Origin: Calcarisporiella thermophila CBS 279.70
Taxonomy: Eukaryota; Fungi; Calcarisporiellomycota
DNA: 64,000 nucleotides
Assembly (NCBI RefSeq): GCF_041956535.1
Contig: NW_027192212.1
Location: 29,206-93,205 of the forward strand
Direction: 5' to 3'
This document shows positions 60,744 to 64,000 of this stretch, one piece after another. A program made the translations under genes and the position numbers. Each line of letters begins with the position of its first letter. Position 1 is the first letter of the stretch. The notes beneath the pieces were generated by a model. That model was not told the DNA's origin. It saw only the letters and a program-made list of their open reading frames with translations, and searched no databases.

Positions 60744-61179
60744 TGCTCTTAACCGCCACGATGTTCTTTCGTGTTTCCAGGCAATAACACTGGGATTTCC
60801 CCCGGGAAACCGAGTTTTCATACTATAGGCAGACGTTATAATAAAGATCCAAGTGAATCCGAAGATATTCTCCTCTCATCGTTGGACTGAACATTCAATT
60901 AGTCATATTAAGGATCTATTACTAAATTAAATAAGCAGTAATTGCCAATGCTCAGTCCTCGTACGGCGAGAATTACTAAGGCATTACGATTTGTGACTAC
61001 CAGACCGTTTCAAGCAAGCTGCAATTCTGGAATCCATCTATCTTTAGCTTTGCACTAAACTCAAACCTTTATTATACAAGCCACTCAAATCAGATTGTGA
61101 TTCCTATAGGTATTTAATACCTAATTCGGATATTTCTAGTTTCTCAGGTGGATTTAAAGAAACGCGATACATTTTCAAA

Positions 61180-62136
61180 ATGATTTCTACGCTTTATTCA
61201 GTTTTTTTCTGGATCGGTCTTTTGGCTGTTGTTCCTTATCTGACTTTGGTAGCCTATGGTGCCTATGCCTGTCAAGAGCAGGACCTAAAAAAGAAATATA
61301 ATGCTCAATGGGCTCTCGTCACCGGCGGTTCTTCCGGTATTGGTGCTGCTATTGTTCGCAAATTGGCCTCTCAGAAGTTGGATGTGGTAGTTGTCGCGTT
61401 GGATGATGCAGTTTTGGCCAAATTTAAGACAGAAATCCAAAAAGAATATCCAACTCGCCAATTCCGCTTCGTCGGTTGTGATCTGTCTACACCATCTGGT
61501 GATTATTTAGATGCCATCAAGAAGGCAACCTCCGATATCACCGTGCAAATTTTATGTGTGAATGCCGGATTCATTACCACTGGCTGTTTTGCCGATATAA
61601 CATTCGTTAGGAACATGGCTAACTACCACACCAACACTACATCTGCAGTTATTCTTACCCATTATTTCTTGAACGAGATGATATCACAAGGCAAGAAGGG
61701 CCTCATAACATTCACATCTAGTAGTGCTGGCTTTATTCCAAGCCCAATGAGCGCTCTGTACTCCTCCACCAAAATCTTTTTAACCACCTTTGCAGCTTCG
61801 TTAGCTGCTGAGACGGCCGAAGATGGGATCGATGTTCTTGTCATTCATCCATCGCCAATTAACTCCAATTTTTACAGCAATGCCGGGAAAATGTCTGCCC
61901 TCCATGTCGCTCATAAGCTTTCCTCACCTCCTTCAGTAATTGCCGACACAATTTGCAGAAATGCTGGCAAGATAGTTGTTGCTGATCAGGGTTTAATCAC
62001 TGTGGTCATGAAGATTATCTTTGGAAAAATCTTGGACTGGAATGTTTTTGCAGAGATTATGAAGATGGGTCTTCGATATAACAGTGACTATAAAGCTATG
62101 AAAATCAATCGAGGGATCACGGACAAGAAGCTTTGA
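61180..62136 (+). CDS. Short-chain dehydrogenase/reductase, membrane-anchored (17beta-HSD/3-ketoacyl-CoA reductase-like)
   Basis: N-terminal TM, LKKKYNAQWALVTGGSSGIG, NAG, SS, YSSTK. Confidence 0.93.
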   Translation: MISTLYSVFFWIGLLAVVPYLTLVAYGAYACQEQDLKKKYNAQWALVTGGSSGIGAAIVRKLASQKLDVVVVALDDAVLAKFKTEIQKEYPTRQFRFVGCDLSTPSGDYLDAIKKATSDITVQILCVNAGFITTGCFADITFVRNMANYHTNTTSAVILTHYFLNEMISQGKKGLITFTSSSAGFIPSPMSALYSSTKIFLTTFAASLAAETAEDGIDVLVIHPSPINSNFYSNAGKMSALHVAHKLSSPPSVIADTICRNAGKIVVADQGLITVVMKIIFGKILDWNVFAEIMKMGLRYNSDYKAMKINRGITDKKL

Positions 62137-62788
62137 GTATTTTTTAATTTGCTCTTTATTTTTCAAATGTATATCGGTAATAAATACCAATTCATTTAGA
62201 CAGTATATTTTACAGAGATTTAAAAACTATAATATCTCGAAAAAATGATGTGCTTAATTTCTATTCCATTGTCAATAGAAAAATGGTTAGATGACCAGTA
62301 GATAGATATAATCCAGCTTGGAATTGGTCAGTATGGGTAGCAATTTTCACCCATAGTAGTTATTACCAAAACTATGATATTCATTGAAGCATACTGTCTT
62401 TTATTAACTTAGATGAAGTGGAAAAATCAAGCAAAATAAACATGCAATACTAAAGGGTTTAGTTTTGCATTATTAACAGCGATTTTGATAACTAATAGTA
62501 GCGAAGAATTTATTTAAACCCCAATTATCGCAATTCTAATAGTTTAGCCAGTGGGATCCCCGACTGTAGTTTCATTCACTGTATTCTCGAAATGTAACTT
62601 TACAGAGCTAGCTAGATAAACATTGCCGCTGGTTCAGTTCCTTGTCGCCATATACACACCTACCAGATACACAGTGCGAGTATAAACATCGAAATATACA
62701 ACATTCTTTTATGGTTCCTTTTGAAAATAAGTAGAAGCTGTGTTTATTGACGTAAGCAATTAGCAATAAAACAAGATTGGCCTCATGT

Positions 62789-63110
62789 ATATGGAAAAAG
62801 CTGGTCCTAGCGCAGTGAGTGTGTTTGTTATAAAGTTGAATTTTTTAATGTGATAATCATTCTATTTTACCGATAGCGCACTGAACTTTTGCCTTGTTGA
62901 TTTTGTTAATGATCTTGTTGCTATCTATCATTTATTCTTATCATTTTCTATATGGAAAAACGGTCATGGCGTAGAGAATATGGAAAAAGCCGCTCCTGGC
63001 GCACTGAATCTTTTCATTATAAACTTGGTTTTTCATTAATGTTTAACTCGTGATTTTATTGATGGAGCGCCGATGCTTTTTACTTGTTATTTTTATAGAT
63101 AACCTTATAG
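62789..63110. repeat. Degenerate direct repeats (about 190-bp period) with gcgcactgaa and tatggaaaaa sub-motifs
   Basis: tatggaaaaagctggtcctagcgcagtga at 62789 against tatggaaaaagccgctcctggcgcactga near 62980; extra motif copies at 62875 and 62951. Confidence 0.6.
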
Positions 63111-63243
63111 TTGTTTTTTTATTCAGTTGAGTTATTATTTACGTCATTTTCTAGATTTTTTATTTGATTGCAACCACATTTTTCATAACTCATGATATCA
63201 TTATAACAATCTTTAGCTACATAAGCACCTAGAACATATTTTT

Positions 63244-63477
63244 TCATTCATCACAATAGGCGTTATTTATTCCACAGCAATTTTCATAGTCTTTACGTTT
63301 ATAATTATAACGAAAATAGCATCCTCGTTTAGTATCACCTATCCAATAGATATTGCCAACTATTCTCCGACAACATTCTATAGTTTTATCATTGTTGACA
63401 CATTGACAATTTAATGAAGCATTCAAGCTGCAGGATATAATTAATAGAAATAATAATTTAATGAATACTTCGGCCAT
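63244..63477 (-). CDS. Small secreted 8-Cys protein (77 aa)
   Basis: ATG at 63477, signal peptide, mature pattern CxC-CC-C-CC-C. Confidence 0.75.
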   Translation of the reverse strand: MAEVFIKLLFLLIISCSLNASLNCQCVNNDKTIECCRRIVGNIYWIGDTKRGCYFRYNYKRKDYENCCGINNAYCDE

Positions 63478-64000
63478 ATACAAATTTATTATAAAGCAGT
63501 TTTAAATATCTTAAGAATTTTATATATCAACCTAAGGCCCTCTAAGCAATAAATAACTTGATTCTTTTTCTTAAATTGATATTTATGGTTTTTCAAATTT
63601 ATTCGCCTTGCCAATCTGTTTCAAAGTTATGTGTATTAAACATACCCCTGTGTTAATCGAAAAACCTACTACAATTTGTAATTTCTCATGTCATCAAGTT
63701 ATATTTATTTTATGCTAATAACACCGTAAGAGCCATAATATCGTATTATGGCATTAAAAGAAATCCTGTCGATTAGAACTGGTACAATTCCTACAGACTA
63801 CGACTGTAAACAAAGTTGAATTATTAGAGCTTTTGTTTATTCCTGTAGCCCAGTGTCATTTTCCATAAGATATTGTCGAATTCGATTAGCATTGCAATAT
63901 TAAGTTAGAATTTATTTCGGTAAAATCGCTCATTGTTCTCAAAGTTTGTTGAAGGTTTCGTGCCTCAATTAGCGTTCGCAACACTTGGAAATAGTACAAA

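Noticed and set aside
63244-63477. Hydrophobin
   Set aside because: Cys order is C-C-CC-C-CC-C, not C-CC-C-C-CC-C, and the mature protein is hydrophilic

Overview
AT-rich, intron-containing eukaryotic DNA. The gene content and TE types point to an early-diverging fungus (Mucoromycota/Zoopagomycota-like); this is an inference. The window looks like a TE-dense accessory or effector region. TEs: a DD34E Tc1 element with IR/DR ends, a CACTA/EnSpm-type transposase relic, a decayed Ty3/gypsy element with a fold-back copy and related 3' fragments, a gapped Ty1/copia element with a perfect TSD plus three solo LTRs of its family, another solo-LTR family in two copies, and MITE-like inverted repeats. 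Genes: an apparently intact Crinkler (CRN)-type effector (ubiquitin-like N-terminus, NTPase, REase) divergent from a CRN-like pseudogene; seven small secreted proteins, three with beta/gamma-crystallin or killer-toxin-like Greek-key motifs; a detoxification-flavoured block (UDP-glycosyltransferase, C2H2 TF, MFS DHA1, Zn2Cys6 TF with decayed DNA-binding domain, ArsB/NhaD permease, GST); fungalysin M36; an intronless bacterial-like GH18; a secreted tyrosinase; an M28 aminopeptidase pseudogene; an SDR. All calls come from motif reading by eye; no database searches were run.
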